A DNA stretch of 64,000 nt from Myxococcota bacterium (lineage in GTDB: Bacteria; Myxococcota_A; UBA9160; UBA4427), in the NCBI GenBank assembly GCA_041389425.1, contig JAWKRX010000020.1, forward strand, positions 28,251-92,250, read 5' to 3'. Positions 22,390 through 31,081 of the stretch are shown in pieces (the first letter of the stretch is position 1; each line of letters begins with the position of its first letter). The position numbers and the translations under genes were made by a program. The notes under the pieces were generated by a model. The model searched no databases, had not been told where the DNA came from, and worked only from the letters and a program-made list of their open reading frames with translations.

Positions 22390-24270
22390 ATGTCGATCCG
22401 CGTCCAATCGCCCGTGAGCCGACGTCCGCGAGCGGTCTTCTCCCGTGCTCTGCGATCCTCTCTCTCGCGGTCTCTCTTCCTGCTCGTCTGCGCGGCCCTC
22501 GCGGGCTGTGCCGGCGGCGCTTGGAATCGCGCCGTCGACGAAGACACGCCGGCCGCCTACTACCGGTTCCTGCGCGATCACGCCGAATCGAAGCACGCCG
22601 CCGAAGCCCGCGAGCGGCTCGAGTACCATAAGCTCCTCGCGAACCCCTCGCTCGCCGCCTTCGAGGCGTTTCGCAAACGGCATCCGCAGAGCGCGCTTCT
22701 CGCGAGCCTGAAGCCCGCGCTCGAAAAGCCGGCCTTCGATCTGGCCCGCACCCGTGGAACCGCTTCCGCCTACCGCGAGTTCCTCAGCGAGTTCCCGTCC
22801 GGGCCGCTCTCCGCGCGGGCGATCGGCAACGCGACCTACCTCGAAGCGCAGGCCTTCCGGGGCGATCCGGCCCGGCTCGCCGACTTCGCCCGCCTGCATC
22901 CCGAGAGCGACTTCGCCGCCGAGGCGACGCGGACCGCGGAGACCGTCGCCGCGCGCGCGCGGACCGGTCACGAACGGCTCGGGGTTCGATTCGCGATCGC
23001 AGCCGATACGCCCGAAGCCCGGCGCGTCCGGCAGACGCTCGAAGACCGGATCCGGGAGCTCGCCCTGCGGGCCGGCATCCAGCTCTCCATCCTGCCGGAC
23101 GGGCCGTCGGAAGGCGGGCCCGATCTCGTGCTCGAGGTCCAGCACCACGAGGAAGCCGTCACTTCGGCACCCGAGCCCGGGCGGCTGGGGCAGCGGGTCG
23201 TCCTCGGCGTCACCCGCCTCGCCCTGCAAGATGCGGCGAGGGATCGCACGATCTCCGAGCGCCAATTCGAGATCCGCGTCGAGGACAAGGCGCACGTTCC
23301 GGGGACCTCGGTGCTCTTCTCGGCGGCGGCCCCGCGCTACTGGCAGGACTTCTTCGTGCCCTTCGCGCGCTGGAACAACGATCGCACGGTCCGTCCGGCC
23401 TTCGCGCTCGACCGGCCGGTCGTCGACATCGAGGGCATGGGTGATCGCAGCGTCGTGTTGTACGAGAACGGCGACTTCGATCTCTTCGACCTCGCGGATC
23501 CGCACGCGCCGGTGAAGCTCGCCTCGTACGTCCGCGGCGAGAACTTCAAGAAATGGAGCGGCGTGCGGGTGATCGGCCAGCGTGTCGCGATCTTCGGTGA
23601 GGAAGGGCTCGAGCTGGTGCGCTTCGACTCGGGCCGGGCGACGCGCGAGCGATCCTGGACCCGCGGCGAGATCGGTCGCGTCCTGGGCATCGCACCGGTG
23701 GGCGGCGAGCTGGTGACGGTCGGTGCCAAGGGCATGCAGATCATCGACCTCGAGAAGGGGACGATCCGGCGGGCGATGCGGCGGGTGATCCAGGGGCTCG
23801 ATGCCGCGGGGGCGGCGCTGGTCTTCGCGGACGGTGAGTCGATCTTCGTCTCGAAGCTCGATCTGGTCGTCGACGAGCGCGTGATCGCGCAGATGAAGCT
23901 CGGACGGACCTTCGGCCCCGACCACGTCCGCGTGATCGATCGAACGGCGATCGTGACCGGGCCCGGCGGTGCGCTCGTGATCGACATCTCCGTGGCCGAA
24001 CGGCCGCGTGTGGTCGGCAAGCTCTACGCCCGGGAGATCGGCGAGGTCTTCGATGCGACGCGCATCGACGGGCGCATCTATCTCGTGGGACAGCGCGGAC
24101 TGCAGGTCTTGAACCGCAAGCTCGACGGCGTCGAGGAGACCGTGGACGTCGGTGCGCGAACGCGCGTCTCGGCGATGGGCCGCCATCTCGTCACGGCCGA
24201 TGCCGGGGGACTGCAGGTCGTCGACGGATCGCCCTGGGCGGTGCATTCGCTGCCCGCATCCGCGGAGTAG
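22390..24270 (+). CDS. Lipoprotein with 4 short helical repeats and LVIVD-like beta-propeller repeats
   Basis: ATG 22390 after AAGGGAGAG. Lipobox: LVCAALAG|C. Four copies of an (A)AYxxF(L/R)xxHPxSxxAxxA-like unit. Repeated G(L/M)x(V/I)(V/I)D strands follow (GMQIIDL, ALVIDIS, GLQVLN, GLQVVDG). Confidence 0.6.
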   Translation: MSIRVQSPVSRRPRAVFSRALRSSLSRSLFLLVCAALAGCAGGAWNRAVDEDTPAAYYRFLRDHAESKHAAEARERLEYHKLLANPSLAAFEAFRKRHPQSALLASLKPALEKPAFDLARTRGTASAYREFLSEFPSGPLSARAIGNATYLEAQAFRGDPARLADFARLHPESDFAAEATRTAETVAARARTGHERLGVRFAIAADTPEARRVRQTLEDRIRELALRAGIQLSILPDGPSEGGPDLVLEVQHHEEAVTSAPEPGRLGQRVVLGVTRLALQDAARDRTISERQFEIRVEDKAHVPGTSVLFSAAAPRYWQDFFVPFARWNNDRTVRPAFALDRPVVDIEGMGDRSVVLYENGDFDLFDLADPHAPVKLASYVRGENFKKWSGVRVIGQRVAIFGEEGLELVRFDSGRATRERSWTRGEIGRVLGIAPVGGELVTVGAKGMQIIDLEKGTIRRAMRRVIQGLDAAGAALVFADGESIFVSKLDLVVDERVIAQMKLGRTFGPDHVRVIDRTAIVTGPGGALVIDISVAERPRVVGKLYAREIGEVFDATRIDGRIYLVGQRGLQVLNRKLDGVEETVDVGARTRVSAMGRHLVTADAGGLQVVDGSPWAVHSLPASAE

Positions 24271-24313
24271 TCGGCGGCGGCGAGCTTCGCGCTGCGCTAG
24301 ACACCGCGCGGCC

Positions 24314-25201
24314 ATGCCGCGTCGTACCGCGAAGCGAGCCCGCTCACGCGGTCGCCGAAGGACCCGATCCCGATCCCGCCGCCGCTCCGGCGCGCGCGCT
24401 CTCTGGCGGCGCATCTCGAGCCGTCGTGCGCGCGGGCGGATCGTGCGCGCCTGGCGATCGTTGCCGGATGCGCTGCAGTGGCCGCTCGGAATCGCACTCG
24501 TCGCGGGTCTGCTGGTCGTGATCAACGTCGCGTATCAGGTCTTCCACAAGCCGACCGAGCTCTACTTCCCGATCGAGGACTCGCTCCACAAGACCCACGA
24601 GCAGACCTGGCGGGCCTACGGCCATCTCTTCGAACGGCATTCGACACCCGTCATCACCGCGGATTTTCTCGCGGGCCTCGCGCAGATCGAGGCCTCCGGC
24701 AATCCGGTGGCCCGCACCTATTGGCGCTTCGCCTGGACCTCCGATCCCTTCGGCATCTACCGGCCGGCCTCGAGCGCGGTCGGGATGTTCCAGATCATCG
24801 ACGGCACCTTCGCCGAGGCGAGCCGCTTCTGCATCCACGATCATCGCGTCGTTCGGGAGGGCCCGTGGTACGACTGGCAGAGCTGCTGGTTGAACGAACT
24901 CTACTTCCGGACGATTCCGTCCCATTCGATCGAGCTGACCTCGGCCTATCTCCATGTGCACGTCGAGGAGGCGCTGCGTCGCCATCCGGTGCGCGGCGCG
25001 ACGCTCCGCCAGAAGCAGGAGCTGGCGGCCCTGATCCATCTCTGCGGGGCGGGCGCGGGGCGGGCGCATGCGCGGCGCGGGTTGCGGCTCACGCCGGGGC
25101 TGCGCTGCGGGTCGCACGAGGCCTATCGCTACGTCTCGAAGCTCCGGATGGCACAGGCGCGCTTCGCCCGGCTGGCCGCAGCCGATCGCTCGGGCTCCTA
25201 G
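24314..25201 (+). CDS. Membrane-anchored lytic transglycosylase (SLT domain) protein
   Basis: From ATG 24314 within track ORF 24152..25201. Arg-rich N-terminus, one TM helix, then LAQIEASGNP (catalytic Glu-Ser) and VGMFQI. Confidence 0.65.
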   Translation: MPRRTAKRARSRGRRRTRSRSRRRSGARALWRRISSRRARGRIVRAWRSLPDALQWPLGIALVAGLLVVINVAYQVFHKPTELYFPIEDSLHKTHEQTWRAYGHLFERHSTPVITADFLAGLAQIEASGNPVARTYWRFAWTSDPFGIYRPASSAVGMFQIIDGTFAEASRFCIHDHRVVREGPWYDWQSCWLNELYFRTIPSHSIELTSAYLHVHVEEALRRHPVRGATLRQKQELAALIHLCGAGAGRAHARRGLRLTPGLRCGSHEAYRYVSKLRMAQARFARLAAADRSGS

Positions 25202-26256
25202 CGACGGGTGCGCCCCGTGATCCGGACCGGAATTCCCGCGCTGAAGAGCGCGACGCGCTCGACCCTCGCCCAGTCGACCCGGGCGATCGAGTCGCCTGCG
25301 GCCCGCTCGACGACCGAGCGCAGATCGGGCGCCGGCTCCCGTTCGAGCTTGCCGGTCTCGTCGAGGGCCAGCGCGCGATCCTTCTCGGGGTGGACCTCGA
25401 GATAGAGCTCGCCGCCGATCCAGCCGGTCTTCACCGGCTCGTGGACGACTCTCACCTTCGTGCCCACCGGCACCCGGGCGAAGAGCTCCTCGATGTGTTC
25501 CGGGTAGAGGCGGATGCAGCCGCGGCTCGAATGGCGCCCCACGCCGCGCGGATCGTTCGTGCCGTGGATCAGGTAGCTCGGCCAGCCGAGGTAGAGCGCG
25601 AAGGCGCCGAGCCGGTTCTCGGGGCCCGGCGGAATGGCGCGCGGCAGCGTCGGCTCGTCGCGCAGGGCGGACGGCCCCGGGTACCAGGTCGGATTTTCCT
25701 TCTTGCGGACGACCTTCGTATCCCCGTGCGGCGTCGCATAACCCTCCTTCGCGATCCCGATCGGATAGCTGCGCGGCGACTCGCCGGGGATGAAGTGGTA
25801 GAGGCGCATGTCGCCCGTGTTGACGACGATTCCGTCCCGCGGCCCGGCCGGAAGCAGATGGACGTTCGGGATCACGATCCGCGCGCCCGGCGTGGGAACC
25901 CAGGGATCGAGGTGCTGGTTGGCGGCGACGAGCTCGACGTACCCGACGCCGAGCGCGGGGGCGAGGTCGACGAAGGTGTCTTCCTCGGCGGCGGCGCGGA
26001 AGGCGAGCCGCCCGACGAGGTCGGGGGAGGGCGGCGGATTCTCGAGCAGGTGGCGCGGTCGACCCTTCGGTGTCGCCTTCGGCAGCAGGGTGCAGCCGCC
26101 CAGGGCCGCGACGACGAAGACCGGAACGAGGAAGGCGGCGAGGGCGCCCCCCGCGCCCCGTCGCCCGGAGCGCAGCGGGCTCCCCGGGCGGCGCGGCTGC
26201 GCCGCGCGGCCATCTTGGGTCAGGCGCCTAGGGCCGGATTTCGATGGGCGTTCCAT
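25198..26256 (-). CDS. L,D-transpeptidase, ErfK/YbiS/YcfS-like, lipoprotein with LysM-like N-domain
   Basis: YPIGIAKEGYATPHG...NPTWYPG...LIHGTNDPRGVGRHSSRGCIRLYPEHIEELF (YkuD His/Cys motif). Lipobox: VVAALGG|C. The best in-frame start is ATG 26256, which overlaps the upstream gene by 29 nt. Confidence 0.8.
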   Translation of the reverse strand: MERPSKSGPRRLTQDGRAAQPRRPGSPLRSGRRGAGGALAAFLVPVFVVAALGGCTLLPKATPKGRPRHLLENPPPSPDLVGRLAFRAAAEEDTFVDLAPALGVGYVELVAANQHLDPWVPTPGARIVIPNVHLLPAGPRDGIVVNTGDMRLYHFIPGESPRSYPIGIAKEGYATPHGDTKVVRKKENPTWYPGPSALRDEPTLPRAIPPGPENRLGAFALYLGWPSYLIHGTNDPRGVGRHSSRGCIRLYPEHIEELFARVPVGTKVRVVHEPVKTGWIGGELYLEVHPEKDRALALDETGKLEREPAPDLRSVVERAAGDSIARVDWARVERVALFSAGIPVRITGRTRR

Positions 26257-26701
26257 CGGAGACGAGGTCCCAGATCTCATCGATTTCCTCGTTCGAGACC
26301 GCGATGCAGCCTCGGGTCCAATCGAGCCCCGCATGGTGCTGCCCGATCCAGCCCGCGCCGGCCGGCAGCCCGTGAATCATGATGGCACCGCCGGGCGAGG
26401 TGCCCGCTCGCCGCGCTTCGTCCACGTCCGCCGGCGACGGATACGAGATCCGTAGCGCGCGGTGGTAGCGGCTGTGACGATTCCGCCCGTCGATCCAATA
26501 GCGACCCTCCGGCGTCCGTCCGTCGCCTTGCCTTCGCTTCGGCCCGACCGGCACGTTGCCGAGCGCGACCCGGAACGAGCGCACGGGAAAGCCCTCGTAC
26601 CAGAGCGTGAGCTTGCGCGCGCGCTTCTCCACGACGATCTGGTCGACCCGCGGACGGATCCGGCCCGTCGCGAGATCCGTGACGCAGGCCTCGCGGAGCA
26701 G
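26228..26701 (-). CDS. YafK-like (COG3034) YkuD-domain protein; start codon and signal peptide not identifiable
   Basis: DQIVVEKRARKLTLWYEG...GPKRRQGDGRTPEGRYWI...ISYPSPAD...IMIHG...TRGCIAVSNEEIDEIWDLV. In-frame start options are CTG 26701, GTG 26632 (which would cut into the conserved domain) and ATG 26839 (101 nt inside the lpp-like gene). None of them yields a hydrophobic signal. Confidence 0.6.
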   Translation of the reverse strand: MLREACVTDLATGRIRPRVDQIVVEKRARKLTLWYEGFPVRSFRVALGNVPVGPKRRQGDGRTPEGRYWIDGRNRHSRYHRALRISYPSPADVDEARRAGTSPGGAIMIHGLPAGAGWIGQHHAGLDWTRGCIAVSNEEIDEIWDLVSDGTPIEIRP

Positions 26702-26738
26702 GGCCGTGCGTCCCGGGTTCTCGCTCTGGAACGCGGTG

Positions 26739-27014
26739 TTATTTATGCAGAGAGCGCTGAAAGATGCGGTCGGCCTTCTCGCTCGCCGTCCGCGCCTCCG
26801 TCGCCGCAGCGTCCGCCGCCGCTCGGGCCGCGCTGGCATCGCTCTGGGCCGCCGCCGCCGCCGCGCGCGCCTCTTCGGCGATCCGCCGCGCCTCGGCCGC
26901 ATCGGCCTGGGCCGCGGAGACGTCGCTCCGGATCTGGGTCAGGTCCGAGGTCGAAGCACAACCGGTTCCCGCCAGCAGTCCCGCCAGCGCCAATCCCGAG
27001 ATCATCTTTCGCAT
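26739..27014 (-). CDS. Lpp/OprI-like alanine-zipper outer-membrane lipoprotein with C-terminal Lys
   Basis: 91 aa from ATG 27014 within track ORF 26739..27215: MRKMISGLALAGLLAGTG|CASTSDLTQIRSDVSAAQADAAEARRIAEEARAAAAAAQSDA...EKADRIFQRSLHK*. It has a lipobox, an Ala-rich coiled-coil-like body and a terminal Lys. GGGGGA lies upstream of the ATG. Confidence 0.7.
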   Translation of the reverse strand: MRKMISGLALAGLLAGTGCASTSDLTQIRSDVSAAQADAAEARRIAEEARAAAAAAQSDASAARAAADAAATEARTASEKADRIFQRSLHK

Positions 27015-27066
27015 GTCATCCCCCATTGAAGTGAGCCAAATTCGCGAGCCGTACCCGTCCGTCCGC

Positions 27067-27087
27067 GCGATCCGCGATCCGCGATCC
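27067..27087. repeat. Perfect tandem 7-mer (gcgatcc)x3 in the lpp-like upstream region
   Basis: Read directly. Lies 53-73 nt upstream of the lpp-like ATG (27014, minus strand). Confidence 0.9.
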
Positions 27088-27161
27088 GAAGACCGGACGA
27101 CCGGCTTCGGCCGGGCCGACGCCAGCCGGGCGCATATTCGTCGGGTTCCGATGCGGGTTCT

Positions 27162-27215
27162 GTGACGACGCGCACGCTCGCCCGCGATTCTCGCACGCGC
27201 CGCGTGTGTCGTCAC
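27162..27215. repeat. Inverted repeat gtgacgac...gtcgtcac (8 bp perfect, extendable with G-U pairs)
   Basis: Arms at 27162..27169 and 27208..27215, just downstream of the stop of the 27236..28090 gene. Possibly a stem-loop, terminator-like, but with no U-tract. Confidence 0.4.
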
Positions 27216-27235
27216 GCAGTGGAAGGCCGGAGACG

Positions 27236-28090
27236 CTATTCGACGCCGAGATCCCGGGGCGTCAGGCCCGATCGGACGAGCACCACCTCGGGCCCCTTGC
27301 GGTGGAGCGGCATGCGATGGCCGAGGTAGGCGCCGTCCTTCGCGTCGAACCAGAACGAAAAGCTCGGCAACAGTCGACTGGCGAAGTAGGCGACCGTCCG
27401 GCCGAGGTCCGGGCCGTACCGGATCTCGACGACTTCGCGGCCGTCGCGCTCGAAGCGGGGGCCGCGGACCGCGATCATGTCCTGGAGCTTCGGCCCGTCG
27501 CTGCAGAGGACGATCTGGAAGCGCACCTCTTCCACCTCGCCCCGGACCAGCGGCTGGAAGAGGAGCTGCATCGGCACGTTGACGACGCGATCGGGATCCG
27601 GGAGGTCGACGTGGCGCGCCGCCTCCGCGCCGCCCTCATCGGGAATACAGGAGGCGCGCCCCCGCTCGTGGTCGATGACGAGCAGATCGAGGCGGACGCC
27701 GTCCGCGCGCGTCGACTGCGAGCGCTCCTCGATCAGTCGCAGGCCGTCCGCGCTCCCCGCCTCGCCGGCGGGCGCCGGTGCGAGGGTCGCCTCCGACACG
27801 TTCTGACCGCCGGCGTCGACGCCCATCTCGATCTCGAGCCGCCGGAGGCCCGCGGCCAGCTCCTCGACGCGGAAGCTCGAGTGGCCGACGGCGCGGCCGG
27901 AGGGATCGAAGGTCGTCGCCGCGAGCGACGGCGTTTCGTCGAGGCGCGGCAGGCGGATGAGGGATTCGGCTCCGGCGGGCGTGGTCGCGAGCGCCGCGCA
28001 GCCTAACAAGGCGAGGGCTGCGGCGAGAACGGAGCCCCGGGCAGCGGGGGCGGGCAGCGGGGCGGAGGCGGTCGGAGTGGCCGTCGTCAT
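27236..28090 (-). CDS. Hypothetical secreted protein
   Basis: C-terminal 284 aa of track ORF 27236..29317, from ATG 28090. Signal peptide: SVLAAALALLGCAALATTPAGA. No family recognised. The remainder of the 693-aa track ORF is antisense to the MBL gene. Confidence 0.55.
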   Translation of the reverse strand: MTTATPTASAPLPAPAARGSVLAAALALLGCAALATTPAGAESLIRLPRLDETPSLAATTFDPSGRAVGHSSFRVEELAAGLRRLEIEMGVDAGGQNVSEATLAPAPAGEAGSADGLRLIEERSQSTRADGVRLDLLVIDHERGRASCIPDEGGAEAARHVDLPDPDRVVNVPMQLLFQPLVRGEVEEVRFQIVLCSDGPKLQDMIAVRGPRFERDGREVVEIRYGPDLGRTVAYFASRLLPSFSFWFDAKDGAYLGHRMPLHRKGPEVVLVRSGLTPRDLGVE

Positions 28091-28219
28091 GCCGATAGAC
28101 TGCCGGCGGGCTGCGCCGCTCGCAAGCGACCCGCTGCGCGGCGGGCGCGCTCGCCGTGTCACCGCCCCGTCACCGGGCGCGCATCGACGGCGCGGACCCG
28201 GCCCCGCTATGCTGGCGCG

Positions 28220-29323
28220 ATGCCGAAGGTCTGGACTCGAAACCGAGCCGGAACCGCTCCAATGCCGGGGCGCGTCCTGCATCGCAGCCCGCTGCCCGAG
28301 CGGCCCCAGATCCACATGCTCTCGCTTCCGCTCGAATGGGAGCTCGAGTCGACCCAGGTCTACTTCATCGAGGACGATCCGCTCACCCTGATCGATACGG
28401 GCGTCAAGTCGCGCGCGAGTCTGGCGGCGCTCGAGTCGGCCCTCGACGAGCTGGGGTATGGCGTCGCGGACATCGAGCGCGTCGTGCTGACCCACGGCCA
28501 CCGGGATCATTTCGGGCTCGTCGAGACGCTCCGGGAGCGCGGCGCACGGCTCGAATGCTGGGTGCACGAGGCGGATGCCCCGATGGTCGAGGACTTCGAG
28601 CGCGTCGTGCGTGCGCGCCTCGGCGATGCGCTCGAGCTCTTCCGGGAGTCGGGTGCGACGGCGGAGGTGCTCGAGCGGATCGAGGGCGATCGATACCACG
28701 CCCTCGACCAGAATCTCGCCGAAGGCCAGGCGACCCGCGTCGATCGCGCGCTGCGCGAGGGCGATCGGGTCGAGTGGAAGGATTTCGCGGTCCGCGTCCT
28801 GCACAGCCCCGGTCATACGCCGGGCCATCTGCTGCTCGAGGACGAGCAGGCGGGCCTGCTCTTCACGGGCGATCAGGTGATGGGGCAGGGCGTGCCGCGC
28901 GCGGAGACCTTCTATCTGGACGCGCTCCCCGATCCCTCGGACGGGTGTCGGCGTCGGCCCCGTTTCAAGGGGCTCGTCGAGCTCCGGCGAAGCCTGCGTC
29001 GCCTGCGCGGGCGCAGTGACCATTGGCTGCTGCCCGGCTTCGGGGGCCTGGTTCGCCGGGCGGACCGGACGGTCCGGGACACGATCCTCTATTACGACGT
29101 CCGGCTCCAGCGCATCGAGCGCGGCCTGCGACATCTCGCTGCGATGGATCAGGAGGTCACGGCCTTCGACCTGCACACGGCGCTGTTTCCGCCGGACGAG
29201 TCGCTCGAACAGACCCGCGCGCAGCTCCTGCTCCTCATCGGAGCCCTCGATTGCCTCGAGCAGGACGGCCTCATCGCCACGCGCCGGCGCAGCGATGGCG
29301 TCCTCGCCCATCGGCACCGATGA
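28220..29323 (+). CDS. MBL-fold metallo-hydrolase
   Basis: VYFIEDDPLTLIDTG...VVLTHGHRDHFG...HSPGHTPGH...FTGD. The start is uncertain: 28220, 28262 or 28316. Confidence 0.8.
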   Translation: MPKVWTRNRAGTAPMPGRVLHRSPLPERPQIHMLSLPLEWELESTQVYFIEDDPLTLIDTGVKSRASLAALESALDELGYGVADIERVVLTHGHRDHFGLVETLRERGARLECWVHEADAPMVEDFERVVRARLGDALELFRESGATAEVLERIEGDRYHALDQNLAEGQATRVDRALREGDRVEWKDFAVRVLHSPGHTPGHLLLEDEQAGLLFTGDQVMGQGVPRAETFYLDALPDPSDGCRRRPRFKGLVELRRSLRRLRGRSDHWLLPGFGGLVRRADRTVRDTILYYDVRLQRIERGLRHLAAMDQEVTAFDLHTALFPPDESLEQTRAQLLLLIGALDCLEQDGLIATRRRSDGVLAHRHR

Positions 29324-29327
29324 GCCC

Positions 29328-30890
29328 TCAGCGACCGGCCTCCTCGGCGACCTCCTCGGCGGCCTCCCGGGTGAAAAGGTACGCCGCGAGCGCGAGGCGA
29401 TCGGCCTCGGGCAGGTCCACGACGGGCATCGGCGGCTGAGGCGTCAGGAGGAAGGCGGCCAGGCTCTGCAGCGTATGACGCGCTGCGAGATTCTCGAGCG
29501 GCTTCACGATCACCCCGGGCTCGGCGCGGCCTTCGACGTGGCAGCCCGCGCAGGCCCGCGCGGCGAAGAGCTCGGCGCCCCGGGCGACGAGGGCCGTGCG
29601 GGCCTCGCCCGTGTACTCCGCGAGCGGATCGTCGACGGCCCGCGGCGTCGGGCCGCCGATGGCCAGGCTCGCCGGGGCCTGCGACGAATCGGAACGCGTG
29701 ATGCGGTAGATGGCGGCGGCGTAGTCGTCGCTGACGTAGATCGCGCCGTCCGGTCCTTCGGCGACGTCGACGGGGCGGCCGATGACGTCGTCGCCGACCT
29801 GGAAGCCCGTCAGGAAATCCGACTGCGAAACGGTGCCATCGGCGTTCCAATGGAGCGCGACCACCTTGTAGCCCGAGAGCTGCGAGCGGTTCCACGAGCC
29901 GTGCAGCGCGACGAGGGCGGTGTCGTGCTGCGCGGCGGCCGCTTCGCTCGCCGATTCCGAATGGCGCAGGAACGTGATGCCGAGCGGCGCCTGGTGTGCG
30001 CCGAAGGCGTGGACCGGCGGAATCGAGCCTGCGATGCGGGCGGGCTGACCTTCTCCGAAATCGGGGTCGACCTGGTTCATGCCGTGGGCGTAGGGCCAGC
30101 CGTAGAAGCCGCCGCGCTCGATGCGATTCAGCTCGCAGGGCGGAACGTCGTCGCCCAGCAGGTCGCGACCGTTGTCGGTCGCGTAGAGCTCGCGCGTCCC
30201 CGGACGCCAGTCGAAGCCGACGGAGTTGCGCAGGCCCGAGGCGTAGATCTCTTCGCCCGAGCCATCGATCGCATAACGGATCATCGCGGCACGCCGCGGA
30301 TCCTTCTCGAGGCAGACGTTGCAGCTCGAGCCGACGGTGAGATAGATCAGACCGTCGGGACCGATGCGCAGCGTTCGCGTCCAGTGGTTCTGGCCCTCGG
30401 GAATGCCCTCGACGATCCGGATCGGCACGCCGGATGCGCGGAGCGTATCCGGCCCCGACTCCGTCACGGCGACCCGGGCGATCGCCCCGCCTTCGGCGAC
30501 GTAGAGGAAGCCATCGGCGAAATCGAAGCCGTGCGGGCGGTCGAGGGATTCGAGCAGGACCTGCCGGCCGTCGGATCGGCCGTCGCCGTCTCCGTCGCCG
30601 GAGAGCTTCAGCAGGCGGCCGAGGCGGGGCTGGCTGACCACCAGGGATCCGCCCGGGCTGAAGCGCAGCATGCGCGCATTCTGGACCCCTTCCGCGAAGA
30701 GCTCGACTCGAAAGCCCGGGGCGACCGAGAAGCGATGCTCGACGACCTCGGGCTTCGGAGCCTCGATCGAACGCCCGGTGATGGAGTTCAGGACCGGTCC
30801 CTTGACGACCAGCCCGTCCGGCAGGAGCAGTCGACAGGCCATCACCAGGGCGATCCCCAGGACGACGATCGTGACCACGAATCTGCGCAT
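29328..30890 (-). CDS. PQQ-dependent sugar (sorbosone/glucose) dehydrogenase fused to a C-terminal cytochrome c domain
   Basis: From ATG 30890 within track ORF 29328..31082. N-terminal TM anchor. RPHGFDFADG...RTLRIGPDG...NSVGFDWRP...GGFYGWPY. C-terminal CAGCH. Confidence 0.8.
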   Translation of the reverse strand: MRRFVVTIVVLGIALVMACRLLLPDGLVVKGPVLNSITGRSIEAPKPEVVEHRFSVAPGFRVELFAEGVQNARMLRFSPGGSLVVSQPRLGRLLKLSGDGDGDGRSDGRQVLLESLDRPHGFDFADGFLYVAEGGAIARVAVTESGPDTLRASGVPIRIVEGIPEGQNHWTRTLRIGPDGLIYLTVGSSCNVCLEKDPRRAAMIRYAIDGSGEEIYASGLRNSVGFDWRPGTRELYATDNGRDLLGDDVPPCELNRIERGGFYGWPYAHGMNQVDPDFGEGQPARIAGSIPPVHAFGAHQAPLGITFLRHSESASEAAAAQHDTALVALHGSWNRSQLSGYKVVALHWNADGTVSQSDFLTGFQVGDDVIGRPVDVAEGPDGAIYVSDDYAAAIYRITRSDSSQAPASLAIGGPTPRAVDDPLAEYTGEARTALVARGAELFAARACAGCHVEGRAEPGVIVKPLENLAARHTLQSLAAFLLTPQPPMPVVDLPEADRLALAAYLFTREAAEEVAEEAGR

Positions 30891-31081
30891 CTTCGCCTCC
30901 CGCCCGGTCCGGGGCGGCGCGAGCTTAACCCAGCGTGCTCGGGACGCGGGCCCGCGCCGGGCGAAGAGCGCCGCGGATCGAGGCAGGGGGCCCGAAAACC
31001 CGCCCGGGACCTTGACGAAAGCCGTTGTCTGGCGGATACATACGCCCTCCCAACACCGGCCCTGGCCGGAGGCAGGATCCA

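Noticed and set aside
27067-27087. Short tandem repeats (7-mer x3 here; 9-mer x4 at 6189..6224) as a possible CRISPR or other array.
   Set aside because: The units are far too short and contiguous, with no spacers. One is intragenic and in-frame, the other lies in a promoter region. No cas genes are present.
27236-29317. Track ORFs that look like single giant proteins: 27236..29317 (693 aa), 32253..35990 (1245 aa), 33938..39463 (1841 aa), 42156..46433 (1425 aa) and 430..2094.
   Set aside because: Only the C-terminal part of each is a real gene. That part has its own RBS/start and often a signal peptide: hypothetical secreted protein, aroE, Trx-octahaem lipoprotein, kinase and LLM. The N-terminal parts are read-through across the antisense of the neighbouring gene.
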